Numbered from the stretch's first letter, positions 37,977-48,491 are shown. The stretch is DNA of 64,000 bases from Bdellovibrionota bacterium (GCA_044356295.1 JBIKWN010000004.1:37708-101707), one strand, 5' to 3'. Program-made: numbers and translations. The notes: generated by a model not told the origin, from the letters alone.

Positions 37977-39775
37977 GAGATCTCCTCAGCATCTATTTTA
38001 ATAAGTGGTTCGAAGGTCCCGTTTGGATAGTCGTTTAGCACTGTTTCAATAGCTTCACGGGAATAGGAATCATTTTTTTTAAAAATATACACTGCTGGAT
38101 GATCGTATACGGTAAATGATTCCACTGCATTTTTATCCTGAATAGTTATACCCAAGAAGGACGGTGCAACAATACTTTGATGAACTAAAGTAAATCCTAT
38201 TTTATGACTAAAAAGCATTTCGTAATATTGAGAAGTAAATGGAAACCTCTTAGGAAGGCGAGGAATTGATGCAAATTGTCGGTTACTGCTAATCATTATA
38301 TAATTTACTTTATCGAGAGCATCCAATATTTCATTTCGTTTTTTATCATTATCAACTTCGTAAAAGTTGTAAGAGACCTCTTTATAAAGCGAAGCGAATC
38401 CATCTTTTCCATCAACACGAAGTGGCAGTCCATCATCCCAAGCTTCATTCAGAAGAACACTTCCAGCAGGAACATTCTGATATATCCACCGTGAGGCTTC
38501 CACTCGTGAGTGATCTTTAAAATAAATTGTATTAAATGCGATAGTCCAAAATACTGAAATGATTAAACACCCAATGACAAAAATTCGAGGTAGGAAATTT
38601 GATTTTTTGTAGAGGTACCATGCTCCGTAAGCCCCAAGTATGGCAAAGAATGGATAGACGATTGAAAGATATCGTCCGAAGGCAACAAATCTGGTGCTTT
38701 GATAAGAAAGAAAAAAAACTGCCCAACTTACAATAAATAGTAACCGAAAATTTTTATTCGCTACAATGTGTGATACAGCTACAACAGTACCAATAACTGT
38801 TAGCCAAAAGAATCCATATCCCATCTCCCATTGCATCATTTGGGAAAGAGGAAATAGGATCGGAGTTCTTGCAGCCCACTGAACATTCGGCGGCCATTCT
38901 CCTCCGTCGGTTAGTTCTTTAATCCTTTTCATATTATCCAAAAAAGTAGGGGACGGCATAAAGCTCATACCATCAAATGCAGAAGGTTGAGCTAAACGAA
39001 AAAACAAAAGAATAGAGAACCCAAAAATCAAAGATATACCGACAAAAAATTCGAACCATGTTGCCCGAAGTCTTTTTTGAGTAATGTAATCACCACTCGG
39101 AAAGAAAAGTGCTATTCCTATTGAAGACAGCGCGATTGGTAAGAAAAATACAGCGCTAATTTTACTTGCAAGTGCTAATCCAATCAGAGCACCACTAGTA
39201 ATAATATAGATTCGAGCTTTGAAAAAATTAAGCTTTTGATACTGACGATAGGCACAACAAAGAGCTACAGCCGACCAAGTAATGAAACATCCAACAAAAT
39301 TTTCAGTTCCCATGAATCGACAAAGTTGAATGTTCTGAACTGAACCAGCAAGAAGAAATGCAGCTAATAGTCCAACTGAAGGTGTCGCAATCATACTGCC
39401 AAGAAAAAATACTCCAACAATAGTTGAAAGATCAGCTATCCCAGAAAAAATTCGTCCAACGATAAAAATATTGTCATAAGAAGTAGTTTTAAAGATCTCT
39501 GCAAAAATACGTACAATAGTCAGTGGTAGATTGCCGTAAACATAATAATCATAGCCATTGTTATAAGGACTTAAAGGATTAGTATTGCCGTTTAGGTACT
39601 GGATCAGAGCATTTGGCAAACGTACTTTCTCGGCAACCATAGTCAAAAATCGTTCATCTGGGTGGAGGAGGAGCCCATGATCCCAGTGAAGTCCGATAAA
39701 AAGACGGAAAAAAGAGGCAAATAAGAGAACTAAACAAAGAACTAGATAGTGATGTTTTGAGATATTTTGCTGCAC
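37964..39775 (-). CDS. GT39/PMT_2-like GT-C glycosyltransferase
   Basis: HWDHGLLLHPDERFL (DE motif in first loop), YVYGNLP, GRIFS, ASKIS, NEAWDD, ESFTVYDHP. Confidence 0.82.
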   Translation of the reverse strand: MQQNISKHHYLVLCLVLLFASFFRLFIGLHWDHGLLLHPDERFLTMVAEKVRLPNALIQYLNGNTNPLSPYNNGYDYYVYGNLPLTIVRIFAEIFKTTSYDNIFIVGRIFSGIADLSTIVGVFFLGSMIATPSVGLLAAFLLAGSVQNIQLCRFMGTENFVGCFITWSAVALCCAYRQYQKLNFFKARIYIITSGALIGLALASKISAVFFLPIALSSIGIALFFPSGDYITQKRLRATWFEFFVGISLIFGFSILLFFRLAQPSAFDGMSFMPSPTFLDNMKRIKELTDGGEWPPNVQWAARTPILFPLSQMMQWEMGYGFFWLTVIGTVVAVSHIVANKNFRLLFIVSWAVFFLSYQSTRFVAFGRYLSIVYPFFAILGAYGAWYLYKKSNFLPRIFVIGCLIISVFWTIAFNTIYFKDHSRVEASRWIYQNVPAGSVLLNEAWDDGLPLRVDGKDGFASLYKEVSYNFYEVDNDKKRNEILDALDKVNYIMISSNRQFASIPRLPKRFPFTSQYYEMLFSHKIGFTLVHQSIVAPSFLGITIQDKNAVESFTVYDHPAVYIFKKNDSYSREAIETVLNDYPNGTFEPLIKIDAEEISWLP

Positions 39776-39852
39776 AATATTATGATGGTAGCAGAGCAGA
39801 TCGACCGTTCAAAACCCTGTAAAATAATGATATCGTTCACAGAACTCTTCAT

Positions 39853-41097
39853 ATGACAAAAAAATCAACGACTTCAATATTCTTACTTTTCATAGGTTCA
39901 ATTTTAGGAATTTTTGCCTCAGGATTCTCTTGGTACGAACACATTCTTTTAAGGCTCGGTTTTGATGTTTCATCTTCGCTTTGTAATATAAACAGTTCAT
40001 TTAATTGCGGAGCTATCAATAAAAGTGAGTATGCAGAGCTTTTTGGGTTTCCTCTTGCTGGTATAGGCTTCTTTTTTTACTTTTCGGTATTCATTGGAGC
40101 GCTCTATTGTACCAAGACTCAGGCTGGGCGGGTGTTTTGGGGTTCAATGTTAATCTCAAGCGTCTTTTCTGTTCTACTTTCTTTCTACCTTTTCTATATC
40201 TCAAAAATTATTATTGGAGTTTTCTGTCTCTATTGCATGGTGATGTACTTAGCTAATGGGATAATTGCTTTTGCCAGTGTTAGTGGTACTTCATTAAAGG
40301 GGAGAGCTGCTTCGTTGTTTGAAGCAACTGATGCTCCGTTCCAATTTGTTAAAGCATTATTGGGTAAAAGTTCTAACCACGGTACGGCTCTCTCTGCATG
40401 GCTTATTATTGCGGGCTTTGTATTTACTCTTTATGTCCATGCAATCGCTCCCTCGTTACTTCTTACGAACACAAAAAAAGCGGGACCTCAGCCAACTATT
40501 GCTCAGTGGGAAAGGCAATCAATCACTTCTATCCCTATTAACGCAAACGACGCACCATTATCTGTTCGAGATTATACTTTTGGTGATCCAAAGGCACCAA
40601 TCCAGATTGTTGAGTTTTCTGACTTTGAATGTAGTGCATGTCGAATGAAATTTCCGTTTTTTGAAGATATTCTTAGTAAATATAAAGATAAAATATTTTT
40701 TGTTCCAAAACATTTTCCTCTTGATAATTCGTGTAATTCTTTACTATCGCATTCTATGCACCAGCATGCTTGTTTTGCTGCAAATTTCGTTCAATGTGTT
40801 GCTGAGCAAGGTAAATTTGCAGATGCTTTTAGGTATGTATTTACCGAACCACTTTTGGATTCCCCTTCCACTCGTGCTCAGATAACAAGCGCATTTTTTA
40901 CATGGGGAAAAAGCGTTGGTTTAGATATTGATTCACTGTCATCCTGTGTTACATCAGATAAATATATGACAAAAATTAAAGCAGATATTGATTTATCTGT
41001 ATCTCTTTCAGTCGAACAAACACCAACGTTCTTTGTAAACGGTAGGAAGACTAATTTTGAAATGCTCGAAAAAGTTATTGAGCATATTCTTCAATAG
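39853..41097 (+). CDS. VKOR-family disulfide-formation protein fused to a DsbA/thioredoxin-like domain
   Basis: Loop Cys pair LCNINSSFNC, TM CxxC FCLYC, EFSDFECSAC, HFPL, TPTFFVNG. Confidence 0.92.
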   Translation: MTKKSTTSIFLLFIGSILGIFASGFSWYEHILLRLGFDVSSSLCNINSSFNCGAINKSEYAELFGFPLAGIGFFFYFSVFIGALYCTKTQAGRVFWGSMLISSVFSVLLSFYLFYISKIIIGVFCLYCMVMYLANGIIAFASVSGTSLKGRAASLFEATDAPFQFVKALLGKSSNHGTALSAWLIIAGFVFTLYVHAIAPSLLLTNTKKAGPQPTIAQWERQSITSIPINANDAPLSVRDYTFGDPKAPIQIVEFSDFECSACRMKFPFFEDILSKYKDKIFFVPKHFPLDNSCNSLLSHSMHQHACFAANFVQCVAEQGKFADAFRYVFTEPLLDSPSTRAQITSAFFTWGKSVGLDIDSLSSCVTSDKYMTKIKADIDLSVSLSVEQTPTFFVNGRKTNFEMLEKVIEHILQ

Positions 41098-41122
41098 GGA
41101 TCTGGCAGGCAGATCAAAAGCA

Positions 41123-41695
41123 TTAGTATCGCTCACCAGCTTTCTTAGGAACAAATGGTCTGATATCTCCAATTTCAGCAGGCTTAGTTTTTACGGTGTA
41201 CATTATTTTATCAATATAGTTTGCAAGGTCACCGTAGTAGAAGACGTGTTCAACACGTACATCTTCTTTTCCTGATTCAGACATAATAGGTTGGATAATA
41301 AGCCCACCAATTTTTAAGTAACGAAATAGCATATTTGGAGAAAAACTTTTTACTTTTAAAACCTCTGTCCAAAAGAGAGACCGTTGCACTAGAAATGTTG
41401 GAAATGCTGGTTCAAGACGCACGAATCTGCGATCAGTAATAAATGCTTTTGCGCGATTAGCTTTAAAAAGAGCCCACCCAAAATATACTCCGCCAGTGAT
41501 CAGCGAAATAATCACCCCGAACGTAAACGTATAACGAGGATCGGAGCCAATAAAATTTCTTAAGAAGTATGCTGCAAAAATTCCAGTAAAAATTATTACA
41601 AGAGCGCGAAACCCAGCAAAGGCTTTACGAGTCCAGTGAGGACGAATCTCGTATAGTATGACTTCGTCCGTTTGTTGACCATTAAAATCTAACAT
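41123..41695 (-). CDS. Two-TM protein with bacterial PH-like domain
   Basis: EVILYEIRPHW, 2 TM segments, FITDRRFV. Confidence 0.6.
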   Translation of the reverse strand: MLDFNGQQTDEVILYEIRPHWTRKAFAGFRALVIIFTGIFAAYFLRNFIGSDPRYTFTFGVIISLITGGVYFGWALFKANRAKAFITDRRFVRLEPAFPTFLVQRSLFWTEVLKVKSFSPNMLFRYLKIGGLIIQPIMSESGKEDVRVEHVFYYGDLANYIDKIMYTVKTKPAEIGDIRPFVPKKAGERY

Positions 41696-41773
41696 CTAAA
41701 AAGATAGTAACCGAGATTTTAGATTTAGTGAAGACTTCTAAAAAAACTCGATAGAGCCCCTGAATGCAAGATT

Positions 41774-42586
41774 CTATCGAATTGTTGAATTTGAGCTAGC
41801 TTCTGAAGTAATTGCTCGAAACCTATCAAGATACGGACTCAGTTTCTCTCGAGCAATTCCTGCCCCACCATACTTTAAGCTTGGGCCGTCATGGTGCAAT
41901 GCATATAACATTACTGCCCTTTCATTCCCAGTGAGCTGTGGATATTTTTTATCTACTAAACGAATATTTTCTTTAAAAAGTTTTACACCACTTTTGATAT
42001 TATCTTTCATCGAAAAAATATTCTTTTGTGAAATCCCTAAATTTTCTCCTGTTGAGCGAATTATTTGAAATACGCCACTTGCAGATGTTGTTGTCGCAGC
42101 TGCATCAGGATTAAAACCTGATTCAATCCGAGCGATACCAAGAAGTATTGCTTGGTCTTCTTTAGAAAGATCTTTTGAAGAGGTAAGAATTGTTTGCATT
42201 ACAGATGTTTGAGTTGCAGAAGATGCATCCCCCCAATTTCTGCTATAACCTCTTTCTGCTCTTTCTGCTCTTTCTTCGATTGGGCGGTCATAGTTGGAAT
42301 AGGGGACTGTTTTTTTTAATACTTTTTTAGAGACATTTGTTTCTGTTGCACTCAAGAGTAGTTCTCCAAGAGACCCAAAGGTAGTTTCTGTGCTCTTCAC
42401 TGGAGGAGTTATGAGTGGATTAATCTGTGTAAAATTATACGTTTGGTTTTCTGATATGCTTTCAGGTCTCATATATTCTTCCTTTTTGATTTGATTTGAT
42501 TTCATTAGGGAATCGTATTTTTCGCTCAAAAAGTTTCTTGCAATAAAAGAATGCTGTTTTTTATTGTTAATTGTTGGAAATATCAT
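41774..42586 (-). CDS. Lytic transglycosylase (SLT domain) protein
   Basis: IARIESGFNPDA (catalytic Glu), SASGVFQI, DNIKSG; true start probably a downstream Met (MRPES). Confidence 0.82.
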   Translation of the reverse strand: MIFPTINNKKQHSFIARNFLSEKYDSLMKSNQIKKEEYMRPESISENQTYNFTQINPLITPPVKSTETTFGSLGELLLSATETNVSKKVLKKTVPYSNYDRPIEERAERAERGYSRNWGDASSATQTSVMQTILTSSKDLSKEDQAILLGIARIESGFNPDAAATTTSASGVFQIIRSTGENLGISQKNIFSMKDNIKSGVKLFKENIRLVDKKYPQLTGNERAVMLYALHHDGPSLKYGGAGIAREKLSPYLDRFRAITSEASSNSTIR

Positions 42587-42606
42587 TACTTTAAACTCAG
42601 TTCACT

Positions 42607-43395
42607 ATGTCAGCCCAAATGAAAATTGCAGGAATTGTAAACATTACTCCGGATAGCTTTTCCGACGGAGGAGTAGCATTTTCTGCCCACGATGCGATTG
42701 AAAGAATAGATCATTTAATAAAAGAAGGAGCGGACTTTATTGACATAGGGGCTGATTCAACACGTCCAGGATCGGTTTGCGTTGGTCAAGAGGAAGAGTG
42801 GAGACGACTTAAGCCCGTTCTTGAAAAATTTTTAGATTTTAAAAAAATATCAATTGATACTCACCACATACTTACTGCACGTCGTGCCGTACAGTGTGGA
42901 GTTAAGATAATCAATGACATCTCGGGTGGTAGTCAGGAACTTTTTGAATTAGCTGCTGATACAGGGTCTTCTGTTATCGTGATGTTCTCTCGTTGTACTG
43001 AGCCACATAATTTTTCATACACTGAAGATAGTTCAATCCTTGATGAAATCAAAAAATTCTTTGATCGAAGAATTGAGCTAGCATCACAAGTAGGTCTTCC
43101 GTTGTCTCAATTGATTTTCGATCCTGGAATGGGAAGTTTTATAAGTAAAGACCCGTATATTTCTAAATTAGTCCTGGATAGTTTTTATGAATTTGCGAGC
43201 TATAAAAATCTTTTCTTAGGAGTATCAAGAAAAGGCTTTATTCGAAAAGTATACTCAGAAAAATTTCAAGTCTCCGATTCAAATGAGGTTCTTGATGCAG
43301 TATCTGCAGAAATAGCATCTACCGTATGCCAACTCCTTCCAGAGGATGTCACTCTTTTTGTACGTTCGCATTCATTGAAATTTTTAAAATCTTAG
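42607..43395 (+). CDS. folP: Dihydropteroate synthase
   Basis: GIVNITPDSFSDGG, DIGADSTRPG, SIDT, INDISG, DPGMG, GVSRK, VRSH. Confidence 0.93.
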   Translation: MSAQMKIAGIVNITPDSFSDGGVAFSAHDAIERIDHLIKEGADFIDIGADSTRPGSVCVGQEEEWRRLKPVLEKFLDFKKISIDTHHILTARRAVQCGVKIINDISGGSQELFELAADTGSSVIVMFSRCTEPHNFSYTEDSSILDEIKKFFDRRIELASQVGLPLSQLIFDPGMGSFISKDPYISKLVLDSFYEFASYKNLFLGVSRKGFIRKVYSEKFQVSDSNEVLDAVSAEIASTVCQLLPEDVTLFVRSHSLKFLKS

Positions 43396-43564
43396 TAAAC
43401 TTGAGTAAGGAAATATAGTTTCGTCGCTATAACGTTCTAGTTCGTTTTTGCAAAAGAACTATCTCTATCTTAGCCAGATACGTAAGAAATTTTTACTAAA
43501 AACTGGATAAATGTATCTATTCCCCCTTGGCTGAACCTCTATCTAAGGTGCTACAATTTATGCC

Positions 43565-45337
43565 ATGAAAGATCAGTATCCCTTTGTAAATTCATGGATT
43601 CAAGAAGTCGCTCAAAAACTTCAACCACAGGAAATAGTTTGGATCTCAGGTTCTAAATCAGAATCAGACGAAATGAACAATGCACTTGTAGAATCTGGTG
43701 TATTTACTCGTTTAAATGAAGAAAAATATCCAAATTCTTTTTGGGCAACGTCTGATCCAACGGATGTCGCACGAGTCGAAGATAGAACTTTCATTTGTAG
43801 TCATTCCAAGGATGATGCGGGTCCAACCAATCATTGGTTTGATCCTCAAGAAATGTATAAGAAACTCGATGCGACCATGTCAGGCTGTATGAGGGGGCGC
43901 ACTATGTATGTTGTGCCGTACATGATGGGTCCTGATGGATCACCGTTCTCTAAAGTAGGATTTGAATTGACCGATTCAGCCTACGTTGTCGCTAATATGA
44001 GGATTATGGCGCGTGTTGGAGAAGTTGCATTGAAGAATCTTAAAAAAGATTCAAATGAATTCATTCGAGGCGTTCATTCAATTGGAACACTTGATCCGAA
44101 TGAAAGATATATATGCCATTTTCCAGAAGATAATACGATTATTAGTTTTAATTCAAATTATGGTGGGAATGCACTACAAGGTAAAAAATGTTTTGCACTC
44201 AGAATTGCTTCTACCCTTGCAAAAAAAGAAGGCTGGCTTGCAGAGCATATGCTGATTGTTGGAATTACTAATCCACAAGGCAAAAAACATTATGTGTGTG
44301 CTGCATTTCCTTCTGCTTGTGGTAAAACAAACCTTGCTATGCTTATTCCGCCAAAGCTCTACCAAGACAAGGGATGGAAAGTTGAAACTGTAGGTGATGA
44401 TATTGCATGGCTTCGCTTTGGTGAAGATGGACGACTTTATGCAATTAATCCGGAAGCAGGCTTTTTTGGTGTTGCGCCTGGTACTTCTGAAAAAACTAAT
44501 CCTAATGCTTTAAAAACAGTCCAAAAAAATACAATTTTTACAAATACAGCTTTTGATCCGATTGATAGAACTCCATGGTGGGAGGGATTAACAAAAAATC
44601 AACCTGAAAAATTAATTACATGGAGACGCTTCGAATGGACCCCAACATGTGGAATGTCGGCGGCGCATGCCAATAGTCGATTCACAGCTCCTGCTTCACA
44701 ATGTCCATGTATTGACGGTGATTGGGAATCACCTCGTGGTGTGCCTATAAGTGCAATTATTTTCGGCGGACGTAGACCTCGAACTGTTCCACTCGTATAC
44801 GAAGCGCGTGATTGGGAGCATGGTACATTTATTGGAACGACCATGGCGTCCGAAACAACTGCTGCTGCTACAGGAAAGGTTGGTGAGCTAAGACGTGATC
44901 CAATGGCGATGCTTCCTTTTATTGGTTACCACGCAGGAGACTACTTCGCTCATTGGTTAGAACTTGGAAAGTCTCCGAAAGCATCTCTGCCTAAAGTTTT
45001 TCACGTCAATTGGTTTCGAACCAGCGATCAAGGTGATTTCCTATGGCCAGGATTCGGTGACAATATTCGAGTGCTCGAATGGATCCTAAAACGTGTCGAT
45101 AATGAAGTTGATGCTCTTTCCACTGAGATTGGATTGCTTCCAAAGAAAGGAAGTATTAATACAGATGGTTTATCCATTGCTAACGAAGTCATGGATGAAT
45201 TAATTGCAGTACATCCTAGTGATTGGAGATATGAGATAGAATCTCAAAAGAAATTTTTTGACTCAATAGGTCCCAAAATGCCTGACGCATTACTAAAGCA
45301 ACACGAAATATTAAAAAGCAATCTAAAAATTTCGTAA
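43565..45337 (+). CDS. pckG: Phosphoenolpyruvate carboxykinase (GTP)
   Basis: DVARVE, YGGNALQGKKCFALR, AFPSACGKTNLAM, GDDIAW, NPEAGFFGVAPG, HANSRF, NWFR. Confidence 0.97.
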   Translation: MKDQYPFVNSWIQEVAQKLQPQEIVWISGSKSESDEMNNALVESGVFTRLNEEKYPNSFWATSDPTDVARVEDRTFICSHSKDDAGPTNHWFDPQEMYKKLDATMSGCMRGRTMYVVPYMMGPDGSPFSKVGFELTDSAYVVANMRIMARVGEVALKNLKKDSNEFIRGVHSIGTLDPNERYICHFPEDNTIISFNSNYGGNALQGKKCFALRIASTLAKKEGWLAEHMLIVGITNPQGKKHYVCAAFPSACGKTNLAMLIPPKLYQDKGWKVETVGDDIAWLRFGEDGRLYAINPEAGFFGVAPGTSEKTNPNALKTVQKNTIFTNTAFDPIDRTPWWEGLTKNQPEKLITWRRFEWTPTCGMSAAHANSRFTAPASQCPCIDGDWESPRGVPISAIIFGGRRPRTVPLVYEARDWEHGTFIGTTMASETTAAATGKVGELRRDPMAMLPFIGYHAGDYFAHWLELGKSPKASLPKVFHVNWFRTSDQGDFLWPGFGDNIRVLEWILKRVDNEVDALSTEIGLLPKKGSINTDGLSIANEVMDELIAVHPSDWRYEIESQKKFFDSIGPKMPDALLKQHEILKSNLKIS

Positions 45338-45363
45338 GGAAGTTGGCATTAATTTAATCAAAA

Positions 45364-46431
45364 ATGAGCATCTTTATTTCTTTGGTTTCTTTTAATAGTG
45401 ATGAGTACCTTGCGTCATGTTTGAAAGCTATTGCTCATCAACAGATATCAACCGAAGTACATGTATCTGCGATTGATAACGGTTCAGATGATAATAGTGT
45501 GTCAGTCCTGCAAGAAGTATTAAAAGAAATAAAAACAAAAGTAGACTCAAGTATATTTACTCATAAAGAATTACCGTTTACACAAAACTTTGGTTTTAGT
45601 GGTGCCCATAATCTTAATGCAGCTCGCTTTTTAGTTAGTAAGTATGAATATTTTTTAGTTATAAATCCTGATGTCAATCTTTCAGTAGATGCTCTTGATC
45701 AATGTATAGCAACTTCTAAGCGTTATTCGGATAACTGTATTATTACGCCGAAGCTTTTTAGACAATCCGCTTCTCAGGTAACGAGTAAAATTAAAGATAT
45801 AAATGAATATCAAGTACTTGATGCTGCAGGTATGATTTTAAATAAAGAGCTCCGTCATTTTGATAGAGGCTCCGATTGTAGAGATTCTTTCTTCAAAGAG
45901 GAGGAAGTTTTTGGTGGAACCGGAGCGTGTCTTTTTATACCTAAAAATATTGTTAAAAAATTACTTCTGAAAGGAACGTCGAGAGATAAAGATTTATTTA
46001 AAATATTTCCCCAACTGGAAACGCTTTATGATGAGCGTGCACCGCTTTTTGATGAGGGATTTTTTGCATATAGAGAAGATGCAGACCTATGCTGGAGAGC
46101 AAATCATTTAGGTATCAAGACGATTTTCTCACCTTCAGTGACAGGTACTCATGTTCGAAAAGTGTTACCATCAAATCGAAAACAAACCTCTATTGTTCTT
46201 AATGGATTGAGTGTTCGAAACCGTTTTCTTCTGCAGATTACCAACTATTGGGGAGAATCGGTCACAAGAGAAAATATTATACATGGATTTATTATTAGAA
46301 ATATTTTGGTACTTCTTGGGGTCTGTTTTAAAGAGACTTCCTCACTGCCATATCTTTTTGGATTAGTACGACTTTTGCCGAGAGCATTTGAGCGCAGAAG
46401 ATTGCTCAAACACCTCAAAAATACATTATGA
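45364..46431 (+). CDS. Glycosyltransferase family 2
   Basis: IDNGSDD, NFGFSGAHN, INPDV, TGAC, FDEGFFAYREDADLCWR. Confidence 0.92.
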   Translation: MSIFISLVSFNSDEYLASCLKAIAHQQISTEVHVSAIDNGSDDNSVSVLQEVLKEIKTKVDSSIFTHKELPFTQNFGFSGAHNLNAARFLVSKYEYFLVINPDVNLSVDALDQCIATSKRYSDNCIITPKLFRQSASQVTSKIKDINEYQVLDAAGMILNKELRHFDRGSDCRDSFFKEEEVFGGTGACLFIPKNIVKKLLLKGTSRDKDLFKIFPQLETLYDERAPLFDEGFFAYREDADLCWRANHLGIKTIFSPSVTGTHVRKVLPSNRKQTSIVLNGLSVRNRFLLQITNYWGESVTRENIIHGFIIRNILVLLGVCFKETSSLPYLFGLVRLLPRAFERRRLLKHLKNTL

Positions 46432-46838
46432 ATTTGATATTAAATTTTATTTTGTTGTGCAGTGTAGTTTTAGGATTCTCTTCGAATTGTAAAGCTCAGG
46501 AACTACCTCTTCTTTTATCAGCAAGCTGGTGCCCAGTTTGCATTATTGCAAGGGAATTTCTTGAAAAACAGGGCGAAACTTTTCAAGAGTTAGATATCGA
46601 TACTTCATCTGAAGGAAAACAATTGATGAAAAGATCGGGAGCAATGGGGCCTCCAGTTTTATTTATTGATGGAGCATTTTTTTCAGGCTTTGATCCGATT
46701 GCTTGGTCAAAAGCTTTAAATCGAAGCTCATCAAAATTAAAGAAGAATAACTTTTTAAACGAAGTTAATTATAATGCTGATTCAGAAAATTTAGATCCTA
46801 CATTGTCGCTATTAAATATACATTCAAAGCTGAAATAA
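46428..46838 (+). CDS. Exported glutaredoxin-like (NrdH-like) protein
   Basis: Signal peptide, WCPVC, GPPVLFIDG, GFD. Confidence 0.8.
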   Translation: MNLILNFILLCSVVLGFSSNCKAQELPLLLSASWCPVCIIAREFLEKQGETFQELDIDTSSEGKQLMKRSGAMGPPVLFIDGAFFSGFDPIAWSKALNRSSSKLKKNNFLNEVNYNADSENLDPTLSLLNIHSKLK

Positions 46839-48039
46839 CTACTGCTATTGTATATCCAATTACTGAAGTTAATTTTGAATTAACAAAGCGTCCCATAATT
46901 TTTTTGTTTGATGTAAACATCATCAGTGGAAATATGGCGAATGGAAGTTGTAAAGAAAGAATGACTTGTGAAAGAACAAGTAGTTCAATGGTATGAGCTC
47001 CTCCGGTACGATTTACCAAATAGAGAGCTGGAAGAATAGCAATAGAGCGTGATAAGAGCCTGCGCACCCAAGGTTTGATTTTTAATCTTAGAAAACCTTC
47101 CATAACGATTTGACCAGCTAGGGTTCCGGTAATCGTAGAGCTTTGACCTGACGCAAGTAGTGCAATAGCAAATACAGTAGCAGCGCTTCCGCCAAGAGCG
47201 ATAGCAAGAAGTTCATGTCCACGAGTGAGCTCTTCTACAACTTCACCTCGTGCTCCGAACACTGCAGAAGCCAAGATTAAAATCGCTGCATTAACAAAGA
47301 AAGCAAAAGATAAAGCACCAATTGTATCAAAGCGATTAAATCGAATTGCAACAGCTTTTTCATCATCATTTGCATTATTCATTCTTGATTTAACAAGTGA
47401 TGAATGGAGATAAAGATTATGAGGCATCACCGTTGCACCAATGATCCCAATTGCAATAGTTAAACTTTCACTATCGGGAAAGACTGGCTTAAAGCCCCCT
47501 ACAAGGATAGCGTGCAATGAAGGCTGAATAATAAACATCTCATACACAAAGCATCCAAAAATTGTCAGTACCATCGAAATGACAATTGCTTCGAGCGTTC
47601 TATATCCACGATGTACTAATGCTAAAAGAATTAAAACATCGAGAGCCGTTATAATCACACCGTAGGTAAGTGGTATGTTAAAGAGTAGGTTAAGAGCAAC
47701 AGCCGATCCAATTACCTCTGCTAGATCGCAAGCGATGATTGCAATTTCGCAAAGAATCCACAGAATGAATGAAGTTGGTTTTGAAAAATAGTCACGACAA
47801 GCCTCTGCAAGATCTTTTCCTGTTACTATTCCTAGTTTCGCACACAGAACCTGTAAAAATTGAGCTGCTAAATTGGAAAGAAGGATTACCCATAACAACG
47901 AGTAACCATACCGTGATCCTGCAGCAAGGTCAGTGCCCCAGTTGCCTGGATCCATATAACCAACTCCAACAAGAAATGCTGGACCGGCAAAGTATAAAAA
48001 CTTTTTTTTCGATGAAGAGGCTTCTAAAGATGTAGCCAT
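46798..48039 (-). CDS. mntH: Nramp-family divalent metal (Mn2+) transporter
   Basis: GYMDPGNW, DLAEVIG, GATVMPHNLYLHS, GQSSTITGTLAGQIVMEGF. Confidence 0.96.
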   Translation of the reverse strand: MATSLEASSSKKKFLYFAGPAFLVGVGYMDPGNWGTDLAAGSRYGYSLLWVILLSNLAAQFLQVLCAKLGIVTGKDLAEACRDYFSKPTSFILWILCEIAIIACDLAEVIGSAVALNLLFNIPLTYGVIITALDVLILLALVHRGYRTLEAIVISMVLTIFGCFVYEMFIIQPSLHAILVGGFKPVFPDSESLTIAIGIIGATVMPHNLYLHSSLVKSRMNNANDDEKAVAIRFNRFDTIGALSFAFFVNAAILILASAVFGARGEVVEELTRGHELLAIALGGSAATVFAIALLASGQSSTITGTLAGQIVMEGFLRLKIKPWVRRLLSRSIAILPALYLVNRTGGAHTIELLVLSQVILSLQLPFAIFPLMMFTSNKKIMGRFVNSKLTSVIGYTIAVVISALNVYLIATM

Positions 48040-48047
48040 GGCTACAT
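48030..48047. promoter_or_regulatory. Putative MntR operator (perfect 18-bp palindrome)
   Basis: ATGTAGCCATGGCTACAT is self-complementary, covers the mntH ATG, lies between divergent mntH/mntR and resembles the E. coli MntR box (ATAGC-N4-GCTAT). Confidence 0.8.
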
Positions 48048-48068
48048 TTTTAACATATCCTAGGTCAG

Positions 48069-48491
48069 ATGAAAACCCTTCAAAAAACTAAGATTAATCA
48101 AAGGTTTTTGCGCACCCGTTCAGATCATCAATCTGAACGAACTGAAGATTATGTCGAGGCAATTTTGGATGAGATAGATATTGATGGAAGGGCGCAACTT
48201 ACTGAAATCGCCCAGCGTTTAGGAGTCAAACATCCCACGGCAGCAAAAGCACTAAAAAAACTTTCAGCAAGAGGTTTGGTTACTGTTGAGCCCTACAGAG
48301 GTGTAACCTTAACGAACGAAGGATTATCACTGGCAGTTTTTTCAAGAGATCGTCATAAAGTAGTATTCAATTTTCTATGCTCAATCGGACTTGATGAAAA
48401 AACCGCAGAGCTTGATGCAGAAGGCATAGAACATCACGTAAGTCCTAAAACTATCGCTGCGATGAGAAAGTTTATTAAACCATCATCATAA
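48069..48491 (+). CDS. mntR: Mn-dependent transcriptional regulator MntR (DtxR family)
   Basis: EDYVEAI, HTH IAQRLGVKHPTA, PYRGVTLT, RH, DAEGIEHHVS. Confidence 0.93.
   Translation: MKTLQKTKINQRFLRTRSDHQSERTEDYVEAILDEIDIDGRAQLTEIAQRLGVKHPTAAKALKKLSARGLVTVEPYRGVTLTNEGLSLAVFSRDRHKVVFNFLCSIGLDEKTAELDAEGIEHHVSPKTIAAMRKFIKPSS

Noticed and set aside
42252..42277. Short tandem repeat ctttctgct in the SLT gene
   Set aside because: It encodes ERAERAER in frame and is too short to imply phase variation.
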